DNA of 64,000 bases. Source: Nitrospirota bacterium (GTDB taxonomy: Bacteria > Nitrospirota > Thermodesulfovibrionia > Thermodesulfovibrionales > Dissulfurispiraceae). The DNA lies in NCBI GenBank assembly GCA_963710375.1, contig CAVPZX010000004.1, forward strand, positions 1 to 64,000, in the 5' to 3' direction. Below, piece by piece: positions 9,926 through 20,395 of the stretch (its first letter is position 1; the number at the start of each line of letters is the position of its first letter). The position numbers and the translations under genes were made by a program. Below the pieces are notes generated by a model. It was given only the letters and a program-made list of their open reading frames with translations, made no database searches and was not told where the DNA came from.

Positions 9926-10609
9926 TTATATAACCCCTTGCTCCCTGAGGCTCACATAAATGCCATCCCCAATAATTATATGATCGAGAACCTGTATGCC
10001 GATAATCTCTCCAGCGCTCTTAAGCCGCCCGGTGACAGCTATATCATCCCGGCTCGGCGCAGGATCACCGCTGGGGTGGTTGTGCACAAAAATTACGGAA
10101 GCGGCTGATTCCCTTATCGCCTCTTTAAACGCCTCCCGGGGATGGATAGGCGAGTTTGTCAACGTCCCTTCGGAGACCTTATACTCGCGCAAAAGCCTGT
10201 TCTTCGCATCCAGGAACACCGCAAGAAATATCTCTTTCTTAAGATTTTTAAACCGCGGGGAAAAGTATGAATGGATCGAATGGCTTGACGAGAATACAGG
10301 TTTGCCGTCAGATGATTCACCCATAAGGCGCTTGCCAAGCTCGAATGCCGATTTGATCTGCGCTATTTTGGCAGTACCAAGCCCTTTTATGGAGGACAGT
10401 TCCACAGCAGAAGCGGCATCGATACTTCTTAAAGATTTAAACGCTTCAAGAAGTGCGAGGGAGAGCTCCAATACCCCCCTCTCTCTGCTGCCGGTCCTCA
10501 GGATAATGGCAAGCAATTGGGCATCGGAAAGATGTCCTGGTCCGTATTTGATGAGCCGCTCTCTGGGCCGCTCATTTTCGGGCCAGCTTGTGATCTTCAT
10601 CTCGGGCAT
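9926..10609 (-). CDS. radC: RadC-family JAB-domain protein
   Basis: PRERL, HPRE, HNHPSGD and LDHII. Confidence 0.95.
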   Translation of the reverse strand: MPEMKITSWPENERPRERLIKYGPGHLSDAQLLAIILRTGSRERGVLELSLALLEAFKSLRSIDAASAVELSSIKGLGTAKIAQIKSAFELGKRLMGESSDGKPVFSSSHSIHSYFSPRFKNLKKEIFLAVFLDAKNRLLREYKVSEGTLTNSPIHPREAFKEAIRESAASVIFVHNHPSGDPAPSRDDIAVTGRLKSAGEIIGIQVLDHIIIGDGIYVSLREQGVI

Positions 10610-10612
10610 TTA

Positions 10613-12565
10613 TTATTTCACCCTCGCTCCCTGATGCACGTCCCTGTCGAGGCCAAGAATTGAGAGCGTCCCCTCGTCGTCCGTTGCTGCAAGGAGCATA
10701 CCCTGCGATTCTATGCCCATGAGTTTTGCTGGTTTCAGGTTTGCCACTACAACGATTTTTTTCCCGACAAGGTAGTCAGGGTCATAGGCCTTTCCTATGC
10801 CGGCTACGATCTGGCGCTCTTCACCGGTGTCAACTTTCAGTTTTATAAGTTTCTCCGATTTCTCGACCCGCTCTGCACTTAGCACCTTGCCGACCTTGAG
10901 CTGAACTTTAGCAAAATCCTCTATACCGATCACTTCGGCAACTCCCTGTTCGGTCATCTTCGACTTCTCCTTATTCTTTTCTGCCACCTGCGTCTTATCT
11001 CCGGACTTTTCGATCCGTGGAAAGAGCTGTTCCCCCTTTGATACCTTTATCTCATAGCTAGGCATTCCTATCACTATGAGATCGGCCAGAGTTGCTCCGG
11101 TCTCTTTAACTTCATCAACGAGCGTTTTCATCCCGAGTTGTTTCCATATTTTTTCCGCTGTATCAGGCATGAAAGGATAAAGAGAGACAGCTGTCAGACG
11201 CAGCGCTTTCCATAGGCTGGACATTACCGCCTTCAGTTCTTCCGGACTACTTCTGGCGAGCTTCCACGGCTCTTTCCGCGCAATATAATTGTTTGCTTCG
11301 CTGATAATAGCCCAGATATTTTCCAAAATAACCGAAAACTGCAGGTTTGACCAGGGTCCCTGATCATGCACATTGCGATATTTTTCGATACAAGAGCGCT
11401 CGAAATCATCTGTCTGGTTACTGACTTTCACAGTAATAACGCCATTATGGTATTTCTCGGCCATAGTGAGAAACCTGCTCAGCAGGTTGCCGAGGTCGTT
11501 TGCAAGATCGGAATTTATACGCCGTATCAGTGCATCTTCCGAGAAATCCCCGTCAAGACCGAAAGGCACCTCTCTGAACAGAAAGTATCTGAAGGCATCA
11601 ACGCCGTATTTATCTGCCATTGCATTAGGATCGACCACGTTGCCGAGGGACTTGGACATCTTCTTCCCGTCAACGGTCCACCAGCCATGGGCAAAAATGT
11701 TTCGAGGAAGGGGGAGACCCGATGCCATGAGCATGGTAGACCAGTAGACGGCATGAGTGGTGAGAATATCCTTTCCTACCAGATGGTGCGAAGCCGGCCA
11801 CCAGGAATCTCCTTCCCCCGGTTCGGGGGCAAGGTATCGCGTTGCAGATAAATAATTCACAAGGGCATCAAACCATACATAAGTAACGAAGTTGTCATCA
11901 AAAGGAAGTGGAATGCCCCATGAGAGTCTTTGTTTCGGCCTTGATATGCAGAGGTCTCCCAGCGTATTGTTCCTTAAAAAACCCAGCACCTCGTTCCTGC
12001 GGGTCTCAGGTAGTATGTACCCTGCATTGTCTTCGATGTAATGCATCAATCGTTCCTGGTATTTTGACATAAGGAAAAAATAGTTCTCCTCATGTATCTG
12101 TTCCACAGGCCTGCCGCATTCAGGACAGTTGCCTTCAATAATATCCTTTTCCGTCCAGAACCTTTCGTCAGGGACGCAATACCATCCTGAGTAACCCCTT
12201 TTTTCTATTTCTCCCCGGTCATACAGCATCTGCATCATTCCCTGCACCGAATTCACATGCTGCTCATCGGTAGTGCGTATAAATGCATCGTTTGAAATAT
12301 TAAGTTTCTTCCAGAGCTGCCTGAAATTCTGCACCATTGCATCTGCATGCTCTTTGGGAGTCCTGCCCCTTTCAGCAGCAGCCTTCTCCACCTTTTGCCC
12401 GTGCTCATCCGTGCCGGTCAGGAAAAACACCCGATCCCCATTCAGACGGTGACAGCGTGCCAGTATATCCGCCGCAGCAGTGGTATAAGCATGTCCGATA
12501 TGAGGAATATCATTTACGTAATAAATAGGAGTGGTGACATAAAACCGCCCGCCCTGCAAGCTCAT
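10613..12565 (-). CDS. metG: Methionine--tRNA ligase with C-terminal tRNA-binding domain
   Basis: HIGH and KMSKS motifs, GTDEHG, C-terminal NLKPAKLMG. Confidence 0.97.
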   Translation of the reverse strand: MSLQGGRFYVTTPIYYVNDIPHIGHAYTTAAADILARCHRLNGDRVFFLTGTDEHGQKVEKAAAERGRTPKEHADAMVQNFRQLWKKLNISNDAFIRTTDEQHVNSVQGMMQMLYDRGEIEKRGYSGWYCVPDERFWTEKDIIEGNCPECGRPVEQIHEENYFFLMSKYQERLMHYIEDNAGYILPETRRNEVLGFLRNNTLGDLCISRPKQRLSWGIPLPFDDNFVTYVWFDALVNYLSATRYLAPEPGEGDSWWPASHHLVGKDILTTHAVYWSTMLMASGLPLPRNIFAHGWWTVDGKKMSKSLGNVVDPNAMADKYGVDAFRYFLFREVPFGLDGDFSEDALIRRINSDLANDLGNLLSRFLTMAEKYHNGVITVKVSNQTDDFERSCIEKYRNVHDQGPWSNLQFSVILENIWAIISEANNYIARKEPWKLARSSPEELKAVMSSLWKALRLTAVSLYPFMPDTAEKIWKQLGMKTLVDEVKETGATLADLIVIGMPSYEIKVSKGEQLFPRIEKSGDKTQVAEKNKEKSKMTEQGVAEVIGIEDFAKVQLKVGKVLSAERVEKSEKLIKLKVDTGEERQIVAGIGKAYDPDYLVGKKIVVVANLKPAKLMGIESQGMLLAATDDEGTLSILGLDRDVHQGARVK

Positions 12566-13491
12566 TTTTTGAAGCGCCTCCTTCTGTGGCGGTGGTGTTC
12601 CCGCTTTTTCTCCTGTTGTTCAACCTGGCCTTGCGGACCTTGATGACCAGCCGCTGCATTACTGCCTGCCGGCTGCTGACCTCCGGATGCCTCGCTGCCA
12701 TGCTTTTTCTCCAAGTGCTGAGGCGAGGGCCTGTCGTATGCGGAAGTATTTCGAGGAGCTTCTGTTTTGGGGCCAACCGTCGAAATTTTTTCTTTGATAA
12801 CGGCAACAGGAACGTCCTCCACACCGATGGGTATTTCATCATCCGACGCAATGGTATTCAGATCACCTTCATATTCATATCTCAAACAGCACATAAGCCT
12901 GCTGCATAAGCCTGAGAGCTTGCCGACATTCAGCACCAGTTCCTGACGTTTGGCCATTTTTATCGATACAGGGTCAAAAGATGACAGGAACGTGTTGCAG
13001 CATAATTCACGCCCGCAAATTCCCACCCCTCCGACAAGTTTGGCCTCATCCCGGACGCCGATCTGCCTCATTTCTATCCTGGTTTTGAACCTGGCGGCAA
13101 GATCTTTGACCAGTTCTCTGAAATCTATTCTGCCATCGGCAGTGAAATAAAAAACAACCCGCTTTCTGTCAAGAGTTGATTCGGAGCCGACAAGCTTCAT
13201 GGGGAGACCTCTAGCCATGATCCTTTCAGAGCAGAAGGTGCACGCTTCCTCCTCGAGTCTCCGGTTTTCGTCCCTTGCCCTGAAATCCTCCTCGTTTGCC
13301 AGTCTCAGAATTTTTTTCAGTTCCCGGTCCGAAGAGCCCACATCGTGCCTCCCTGTTACCACCGTCCCTATGCTCAGGCCGAAATCAGACTCTACAACGA
13401 CAGCATCTCCCTCTTTAACCTCTATTCCATTGATCTCGAAATCGTATAATTTGCCGCAACGCTTAAACTTTATTCCAACTGCTTCAGACAT
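12562..13491 (-). CDS. ricT: PSP1-domain protein (RicT/YaaT family) with low-complexity tail
   Basis: GRIDFRELVKDLA, RIEMRQIGVRDEA, GICGRELCC and RLMCCLRYE; sits in the tmk-holB-ricT-metG order. Confidence 0.88.
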   Translation of the reverse strand: MSEAVGIKFKRCGKLYDFEINGIEVKEGDAVVVESDFGLSIGTVVTGRHDVGSSDRELKKILRLANEEDFRARDENRRLEEEACTFCSERIMARGLPMKLVGSESTLDRKRVVFYFTADGRIDFRELVKDLAARFKTRIEMRQIGVRDEAKLVGGVGICGRELCCNTFLSSFDPVSIKMAKRQELVLNVGKLSGLCSRLMCCLRYEYEGDLNTIASDDEIPIGVEDVPVAVIKEKISTVGPKTEAPRNTSAYDRPSPQHLEKKHGSEASGGQQPAGSNAAAGHQGPQGQVEQQEKKREHHRHRRRRFKK

Positions 13492-13514
13492 CTCTCTTCC
13501 CTCCAAAAAAATCT

Positions 13515-13613
13515 GGCACTAGGCAATTGGCTATAGGCGATAGGTAAAAGATAAAGTCAAAAGAAGCTTTTGTTAAACCTGTAACCATTGCCTATTGCCC
13601 ATTGCCTATTGCC
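13515..13613. repeat. Hairpin of inverted heptamer tandem repeats (GGCAATA/TATTGCC type)
   Basis: About 5 degenerate units on the left and about 4 complementary units on the right; overlaps the holB stop. Confidence 0.75.
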
Positions 13614-14542
13614 GTTTTCATCATATTTGAGACATAATTCCATGTTATTGACTTATTAAGATTAAAATCAAGCAGACCTCTCAGCTTTTGTAGGGACTTA
13701 TACGTATCAAGTAGCTCGTTAATATCCGCTTTTTTACGAAAAGTTCTGTTTACTTTCGCGTAGAGCATGTCCGACTCGTTTCCGGTTATATTGAATATCA
13801 CCATGTCCCTTAAAAAAATAAAGGCCATATCGAGCCATGTCTTTATCGCCTCTTTGTCCGCCCATACTTCTTTTGACTCCTCATGAATCATGCTCCTCAG
13901 CAGGCCCGTAAACCACTCCATATCTTTCACAAAATCACCGGCCAGCGCAAGCCCCGGCCGTCCCATGGACAAATTGCTTACGGAATCCATATGCTCTTGC
14001 CTCACAGCACCTGAAACAGCCCTTCTGAATGACTCGTGAGAGAGAGGATAAAACCGTATAGCGATGCAACGGGACCGTATCGTATCAGGCAGGCCGTCCG
14101 GATTGGATGATACAAGGACGACAAGACTATCACGGGGAGGTTCTTCAAGTGTCTTTAAAAAGGCATTTGCCGCATTGATGTTCATTGTATCGGCATCATC
14201 TACAATAGCGATCTTCCTCCTGCCCTCGAGCGCCTTAAAAAAAAGTTTTTCCTCCAGTTTTCTGATCGCGTCAATTTTGATTTCGTCCTTTTCGGGAAAG
14301 GTGAACGTAATGTCAGGGTGCGTTGCCGCATCAATCTTTTTGCACGAGACGCAGGTATCACAGCAATCTAAATCGACCGGCGCCAGACAGTTGATTGCCT
14401 TTGCATAATTGACTGCCGCCAGCCGCTTACCGATGCCTGTGTCACCGGAGAACAGCAGGGCCGAAGGAACTCTGTCCCTCTTCAGCATGCCGAATAAGAT
14501 TTTCAGCGCCCTTTCCTGACCTACTATATCCTTAAGTGCCAT
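13592..14542 (-). CDS. holB: DNA polymerase III subunit delta'
   Basis: Zn cluster, HPD, AANAFLKTLEEPP and TIRSRC. Confidence 0.93.
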   Translation of the reverse strand: MALKDIVGQERALKILFGMLKRDRVPSALLFSGDTGIGKRLAAVNYAKAINCLAPVDLDCCDTCVSCKKIDAATHPDITFTFPEKDEIKIDAIRKLEEKLFFKALEGRRKIAIVDDADTMNINAANAFLKTLEEPPRDSLVVLVSSNPDGLPDTIRSRCIAIRFYPLSHESFRRAVSGAVRQEHMDSVSNLSMGRPGLALAGDFVKDMEWFTGLLRSMIHEESKEVWADKEAIKTWLDMAFIFLRDMVIFNITGNESDMLYAKVNRTFRKKADINELLDTYKSLQKLRGLLDFNLNKSITWNYVSNMMKTAIGNGQ

Positions 14543-14545
14543 AAT

Positions 14546-15178
14546 TTAATTATGTTTCAACCTTTTGCTCACGATTCCCCATACCCGCGCATGTACCTCT
14601 TCTGCAGGCAGCGCGGCATCTACGATGCTTACTCTGTCCGGATCGGTTTTTGCAATGGCAAGGTACCCTTCACGGACCCTCTTGTGAAATGCAATGTCTT
14701 CAAGCTCGATCCGGTCTGTCTTGTTTACGCCCCTGTTCCTCGCCAGCCCGGCCTCAGCATCAAGATCGAAAAGGATTGTAAGGTCCGGCTTCAAACCACC
14801 GGTTGCAAGCCGGTCGAGAGACGTGACAAGTGCCATGTCTACCCCCCGCGCGTAACACTGGTAGGCTACTGTTGAGTCGCTGAACCGGTCAGTGATGATG
14901 ACTTTGCCTTCTTTAATTCCCGGTAATATCTTTTCAGCCAGATGCTGTGCGCGAGCTGCGTTATAAAGTAAAAGCTCTGTAATGGCGGACATCTCCAGGT
15001 GCTCGGGAAGAAGAAGTATCTCGCGGATCCTGTTGCCGATTACAGTCCCTCCCGGTTCGAAAGTCAGGACAACATTGTGACCCTCATCTGCAAGCCTTTC
15101 GGAAAGAAGCCTTGCCTGCGTGGTTTTCCCTGTGCCCTCAATTCCCTCAAAGGAGATAAAAAAACCTTTTACCAGCAC
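14546..15178 (-). CDS. tmk: Thymidylate kinase
   Basis: FEGIEGTGKTT, EPGGT and DRFSDSTVAYQ. Confidence 0.96.
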   Translation of the reverse strand: MLVKGFFISFEGIEGTGKTTQARLLSERLADEGHNVVLTFEPGGTVIGNRIREILLLPEHLEMSAITELLLYNAARAQHLAEKILPGIKEGKVIITDRFSDSTVAYQCYARGVDMALVTSLDRLATGGLKPDLTILFDLDAEAGLARNRGVNKTDRIELEDIAFHKRVREGYLAIAKTDPDRVSIVDAALPAEEVHARVWGIVSKRLKHN

Positions 15179-15192
15179 TTAATGGAAACCGC

Positions 15193-16206
15193 TCATACCA
15201 TTGCTTCTTTCATATGCATAAGCAGTTGGCATATTTTTATAGTTTCCCCGACGCTCCTGGTAGCTGCACCGCACGAGGGGGTAATAAGAATCCTCTCCTG
15301 AACCAGGGAGGCAGGCAGGTACTTGCACAGTTCATCTAAATGTGAATGCATTAATTCTATGAGCTGCCTGTCGTCCACTTTTTCGATAGCATCAGATGTC
15401 GGAATAATACCCCAGGCAAGATAGCCGCCGCCACGCAGGAACTTGCTCAGCTGTTCGTGATAGATGGCAAGGGTGTCAAAATAATCAAAGGCGTCAAAAT
15501 TGATGATCTGCGCGCCGCTTTCCATGACCATTGGCCAGTCCGCCCTACCGCAGCAATGGACGCCCGATATGGCTCCTGCGTCATTGATAGCTGAAGCCAT
15601 ATCCTTGATCAATCTGAACGCCTCACCGGCATCCACACCAAGGTAGGATGAACTGCCGAGTGCCGAAAGTATCGGCTCATCAATAAAAATAATGACCTCC
15701 ACGGCATGCTGCTTCAACGCATCAATTTGCCACCGCATCTTTGCCTTTAGGAGCATGGCGGCTATTTCGCGCAATTCTTCATCGAAGAAAACAAGTCTGC
15801 CATTGTGGTCCTTCAGGCCTAACGTGAAAGTGACTGGTCCGGTGACATGCCCTTTAAGCAGAGGTAACCTCCTGCCCTTCAGCATCTTCAGGAAGGCATG
15901 GAGACCATGGCCATAATCCTCAGAGATGGAAATTCTTGCGGTTTCGGAACAGGTCTCATAAAACCGCTCCAGCTCGTCGCTGTCATCTCTCGATACCGAT
16001 ATCACCTGGCGCTGTTCGTCAACCTTTATAAACGGCATACCTTCAGAGTACTGTGCAATCATGGACTCTTTAAATGAAATATTAGGCAACTGCGGCCAGA
16101 AAGGTATATCAAAAGTCGCGAACACCAGTTCGCAGGCATCAACAGCATTCCTATGCGGAAGGCTGCCTATGCCGGTTGTAGAAAATGGTTTGATACGGGT
16201 AGACAT
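15193..16206 (-). CDS. Single-barrel cobalamin-independent methionine synthase-like protein (core MetE type)
   Basis: GIGSLPH, KGHVTGPVT, FIDEP, GVHCC and TPSCG putative Zn ligands. Confidence 0.7.
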   Translation of the reverse strand: MSTRIKPFSTTGIGSLPHRNAVDACELVFATFDIPFWPQLPNISFKESMIAQYSEGMPFIKVDEQRQVISVSRDDSDELERFYETCSETARISISEDYGHGLHAFLKMLKGRRLPLLKGHVTGPVTFTLGLKDHNGRLVFFDEELREIAAMLLKAKMRWQIDALKQHAVEVIIFIDEPILSALGSSSYLGVDAGEAFRLIKDMASAINDAGAISGVHCCGRADWPMVMESGAQIINFDAFDYFDTLAIYHEQLSKFLRGGGYLAWGIIPTSDAIEKVDDRQLIELMHSHLDELCKYLPASLVQERILITPSCGAATRSVGETIKICQLLMHMKEAMV

Positions 16207-16269
16207 ACTCTATTATAGCAAACGGCAAAACGAATTTCGTATAATAAATGCTCAGGAGGTGGAAGGATA

Positions 16270-16734
16270 ATGATTGTTACTGACCTTAATCATATTGAAC
16301 AGCAGGTTTCGATGACGCACGCCATTAAAAAAGCGATCGATTTCTTGCGGCAGCCGGACATCGATGGGTTAACTGCCGGCAAGGTGGAGATAGACGGGGA
16401 AAAAGTCTTTGCCTTGGTTCAAAAGTATGAAACGGTTGTCATGGACGTTCCAAAGTTTGAAACCCATAAAAAGTATATTGACGTTCAGTATATCGTTTCC
16501 GGCGAGGAAATTATAGGCTGGGCTCCATACGGGCAGATGACGGCTACTGAAACATATGACGTGCTTAAGGACATTTGCTTCGGTACCGTTCCAAAAGGAC
16601 TAATAACGCCTGTCTATCTGCAGGCCGGCCAAATGGCTGTGCTCTTTCCTGAAGACAGTCATGCACCAAGATTGGCCGCCACTGGTCCCTCTCGCGTCCA
16701 TAAAATTGTCATAAAAGTTCAGGTGGGGTGTTGA
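16270..16734 (+). CDS. YhcH/YjgK/YiaL (DUF386) family protein
   Basis: ETHKKYIDVQYIVSGEE and FPEDSHAP. Confidence 0.9.
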   Translation: MIVTDLNHIEQQVSMTHAIKKAIDFLRQPDIDGLTAGKVEIDGEKVFALVQKYETVVMDVPKFETHKKYIDVQYIVSGEEIIGWAPYGQMTATETYDVLKDICFGTVPKGLITPVYLQAGQMAVLFPEDSHAPRLAATGPSRVHKIVIKVQVGC

Positions 16735-17489
16735 AGTACTCAAGGCTTATTAGTTTTATAATGTCCGTATTCCTGCTATTTTTATTTTCCGGAGCCGGCT
16801 TCGCGCTTTCCGATGCGGAAGTGCTCAGTCTTCAGAATTCGCTGAAAGGCAAATCCACGGGTGAGCGGATCGCTTTTTTTGCGGAGCAGTTCGTGGGTAC
16901 CCCTTATGACATTGACCCTCTTGGGACTTACGTAACACGATCAGTGATTGTGGCAGATGAAAAGGTCAACTGTATGTATCTTGTCTTTAGGGCGGTTGAG
17001 CTTGCCTTAAGCTCAACCCCTGCAGAGGCGATACAGATAGCATTGCAAAAAAGGTTTCACTCAAAAGGCGTTATAAGCGACGGGAAGGTGACCAACTATA
17101 CTGACCGGTTCGTATATGGTGAAGACATGATCAGCAGCGGCAAGTGGGGGAAAGAGATAACTTCGGAGATCGGCAAAACATCTGTGATACAAGGTGTGCG
17201 ATCAGGGGAAAGCATCGATATGCTGCCGCGTGTTGAAGTGCTCAAAAGAATGGAGATGCTCAGGAGCGGCGACCTTATCTTCTTCATTAAAGCGCCTCAT
17301 AGAAGAGCTTCAGGGGAGATAGTGGGGCATATCGGTATCATAACAAGATCCGGAGCCAATGACGTCGGTATCTATCTGATCCATGCGAACGGCAGGAAAG
17401 GCAAGGGCGGGATAGTAAAAAAAGTAGCAATGAGAGATTATATAAACAAGATGCCGTTTACAGGAGTCAAAATCACGAGGTTCCCTTAG
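16728..17489 (+). CDS. DUF1460/NlpC-P60-like putative peptidoglycan amidase, exported
   Basis: Signal peptide; FVGTPY, NC, GDLIFF, GHIGI and IHA. Confidence 0.7.
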   Translation: MLKYSRLISFIMSVFLLFLFSGAGFALSDAEVLSLQNSLKGKSTGERIAFFAEQFVGTPYDIDPLGTYVTRSVIVADEKVNCMYLVFRAVELALSSTPAEAIQIALQKRFHSKGVISDGKVTNYTDRFVYGEDMISSGKWGKEITSEIGKTSVIQGVRSGESIDMLPRVEVLKRMEMLRSGDLIFFIKAPHRRASGEIVGHIGIITRSGANDVGIYLIHANGRKGKGGIVKKVAMRDYINKMPFTGVKITRFP

Positions 17490-17513
17490 GGCATATATTT
17501 AGCACTTCAATTT

Positions 17514-18173
17514 TCATGTTCCAAGTTTTATTATCCCTTTTAGGATAGCAAATTTGACAAGCGCCGTGCGGGTATGAATGCCAAGTTTTTCGGAGATGTT
17601 TGACTGGTGAGATGCTACCGTCTTTACGCTGATATTGAGGCAGCGAGCTATCTCCTTATGGCTGCACCCGTCTGCTATCAGCTTGAGCACCTGATGTTCC
17701 CTGTCGGTTAGCTTGTCGTATAAAGCATATTCAGCAGGCGCCTTGTGCTGGTCAAGATACCCGGCCACAACTTCCGAAGCAATGGAAGAAAACAGATAAA
17801 ACTCCCCCCGGTTCACCGCACGAATGGCATTGACCAGTTCGCTGCCGACTGCCTTTTTAAGGATATACCCGGAAACGCCTGCCTTCAGAAAACGGGAGAT
17901 ATACTCCTTGTCATCATATTGGGTAAGTACTATTATTTTTATGTCCGGGTCTGCTTTTTTCAGTTCTATTGTGGCCTCAAGGCCACCAAGCCTGGGCATG
18001 CCTATGTCCATGAGGACGATATTGGGTCTGAGCTTAATGGCCCGTTCGACTGCTTCGATACCGTCGGATGCCTCACCGACAATCTCAATGTCATCGCAGA
18101 ACTTCAGAAATGCGACGATCCCCTCTCTGACAAGTGCGTGGTCATCGGCTATCAATACTCGTATCTTAGACAT
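17514..18173 (-). CDS. NarL/LuxR-family response regulator
   Basis: IADDH, LMDIGMP and LTDREHQVL HTH. Confidence 0.95.
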   Translation of the reverse strand: MSKIRVLIADDHALVREGIVAFLKFCDDIEIVGEASDGIEAVERAIKLRPNIVLMDIGMPRLGGLEATIELKKADPDIKIIVLTQYDDKEYISRFLKAGVSGYILKKAVGSELVNAIRAVNRGEFYLFSSIASEVVAGYLDQHKAPAEYALYDKLTDREHQVLKLIADGCSHKEIARCLNISVKTVASHQSNISEKLGIHTRTALVKFAILKGIIKLGT

Positions 18174-19983
18174 CTTCCACCCTGCCGTTCAGCGGAATCT
18201 GCATGCATACTCTCGTCCCCCACCCAGGCATCGAGTGAATGAACAATTTCCCTCCCAATAGCGACGCCCGTTCCTTCATCCCTGCTATCCCCAATCCCCT
18301 GCCTCCTTTGACCGGATGACTCATTAATTGATCGACATCGAAGCCGCAGCCATCGTCCTCAATGAAAATTTCTATAAAAGATTCTCCAACGTCGAGCGAG
18401 ACAAAAACATTTTCTGCAATTGCATGGCGTTTTATGTTGGTGATGGCCTCCTGAAGTATCCTGAACAGTATGATTTCAACCTCGGGAGGCAGCCTTCTTT
18501 GGTCTCGGAAATCCATATCAAAGTAAAAATTGATGCCCTTTTCTGCAAGATGATTTTTCATCAGCCACGTGATGGCCGCATCTATGCCGAAATCGTCAAG
18601 AATAGGAGGCCTCAGATCCTTGATCACATTATGGACAGTATCCATGGTTTCGATCACAATGTTCCTCATTTCGTCTATTTTATCTATAGTAACCTTATCG
18701 GGAAACAATTTGCATATGTCCAGTTTGATTAAAAATGCCGACAAATCCTGGAGTATGGTATCATGAATGTCACGGGCTATCCTCGCCCTCTCATGTTCCT
18801 GGGATGAAATGACCTTTTTCAGCAGGAGTTTAATTTGCTGCCTGCTTTCCCTTATTTGCAAGGTCCTCTCCTCGACACGGTCTTCCAGTTGAATGTTCTG
18901 AGTTTTTATGCTTTCGAGGGACTCCGCGAGTTTTTTCCTCATGTCATCAAAGCTCTTACTGAGCATCAGTATTTCATCTCTGCCCAGTTTACCGACCGGT
19001 GTTGAAAGATCGCCCGAAGCTATTTTGTTTGTGGCGGACATCAACGATCTGAGCGGTTTGACTATGTTCATACTTATACCAACTGAAAAAACGATCGACG
19101 TGCCGATGAATATGATCACGAGAACGAAGAACATTCTCTTAAGGCCTATGGCAGGAGCAAAGAGATCTTCCTCGTCCTGTCCCACTATCACACCCCACTT
19201 GGCTGTGCTCAGGGGAACAAAGGCAAGACGGTCAAGCGGTTTCGCCTCGGAATCAGGATGAGAAAAACCATGTTTGCATTCCAGGATTCCATCCCGGCCT
19301 TCCGATATCATCCTGGTCAACATACCTTCATGGTCGTGGTGTTGAAACAGGCGCGAAGGATTATCAGAAGCAACTACAATTTCATTGGAGTCGATCAGCT
19401 CTATATAACTGCTATGTCCAAGCTTGCTGCTCTTCAGGAACATATTGACAAAATGGTCTGCCGGGCCGAGTATGCCGCCCACAATGCCTCTGATCTTTCC
19501 TTTGCTGTCCTTCAGGGGCGCCATTATGAATATCACTTTTTTTTTGATAGGTTCGACTGTATAGACATTGGAGATTACCGGTCGTCCATCCCTGAGCACC
19601 CGGTTCACATCGTCGATGTATGTAAGATTGGAAAAATACTCAAAGCGAGGTGGATAGGTCATCACTTCATTGCCGTGTTGATCGAGGAGAAATACGCCGT
19701 CGGTAAAAAGAGAATACCTGTAAATGGTTTCGAGTATCCTTTTGTTTGACTGCCTGTTACTGTCTCTTAAATTAATTTTACCTGAATTGGAGACGTCCTC
19801 GAGCTTGCCCAGATTGCGCTGCAGAAAGAAATCGACATTGTTCGCTATAGTTCTGGCAAGGGCAAGCCTGTCCTGCAGCGAGCTTTTGATACTTTCATTG
19901 ACTGCAAGGTCGCTGATTATACCGAGCGTCACCGTTATTGTAATGACATAAAAAATTATGGCAATAATTATCTTTTTTTGCAT
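18166..19983 (-). CDS. Membrane sensor histidine kinase (Cache-HAMP-HisKA_3-HATPase)
   Basis: ERARIARDIHD, QEAITN, DDGCGFD and GLGIAGMKERA. Confidence 0.93.
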   Translation of the reverse strand: MQKKIIIAIIFYVITITVTLGIISDLAVNESIKSSLQDRLALARTIANNVDFFLQRNLGKLEDVSNSGKINLRDSNRQSNKRILETIYRYSLFTDGVFLLDQHGNEVMTYPPRFEYFSNLTYIDDVNRVLRDGRPVISNVYTVEPIKKKVIFIMAPLKDSKGKIRGIVGGILGPADHFVNMFLKSSKLGHSSYIELIDSNEIVVASDNPSRLFQHHDHEGMLTRMISEGRDGILECKHGFSHPDSEAKPLDRLAFVPLSTAKWGVIVGQDEEDLFAPAIGLKRMFFVLVIIFIGTSIVFSVGISMNIVKPLRSLMSATNKIASGDLSTPVGKLGRDEILMLSKSFDDMRKKLAESLESIKTQNIQLEDRVEERTLQIRESRQQIKLLLKKVISSQEHERARIARDIHDTILQDLSAFLIKLDICKLFPDKVTIDKIDEMRNIVIETMDTVHNVIKDLRPPILDDFGIDAAITWLMKNHLAEKGINFYFDMDFRDQRRLPPEVEIILFRILQEAITNIKRHAIAENVFVSLDVGESFIEIFIEDDGCGFDVDQLMSHPVKGGRGLGIAGMKERASLLGGKLFIHSMPGWGTRVCMQIPLNGRVEDV

Positions 19984-20052
19984 TTATAATTAACATAGCC
20001 CAAAAAGACAATGCCGGTCAATGCTTTTTGAGGATATCCTAAAGCGGATATC

Positions 20053-20382
20053 CTAATTCCCCTCGGATGTTGCTTCGGATGTCGCTTTTCCCTTTTCCGC
20101 TTTCAATGAATCAATCGCGCGCCCTATAAGCCATCCTATAATTGTCGAGCCCCCGACAAAAAAAATGCCGGAAATAAAAATACCTAAGATCATCGAAGTG
20201 CTCACAATAAGCCGGGGCAGGACGGCAGAATTCACGGGGAAACCAAAAAGACCTCCGGCAATATTTAGCCCGGCTATTCCTCCTATAAATGAGCCATACA
20301 GCAGGCCGATGATTAAAAAAAGAGCGAGTCCCGCACCCGCGCCTACAAGGGCAGTTTTTTTTGCCGCATTTCCTGTTTCCAC
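20053..20382 (-). CDS. Small Gly-rich membrane protein
   Basis: Hydrophobic helices; GGAGG RBS before the GTG; last gene of the cytochrome cluster. Confidence 0.75.
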   Translation of the reverse strand: METGNAAKKTALVGAGAGLALFLIIGLLYGSFIGGIAGLNIAGGLFGFPVNSAVLPRLIVSTSMILGIFISGIFFVGGSTIIGWLIGRAIDSLKAEKGKATSEATSEGN

Positions 20383-20395
20383 TTTTTGCCTCCTT

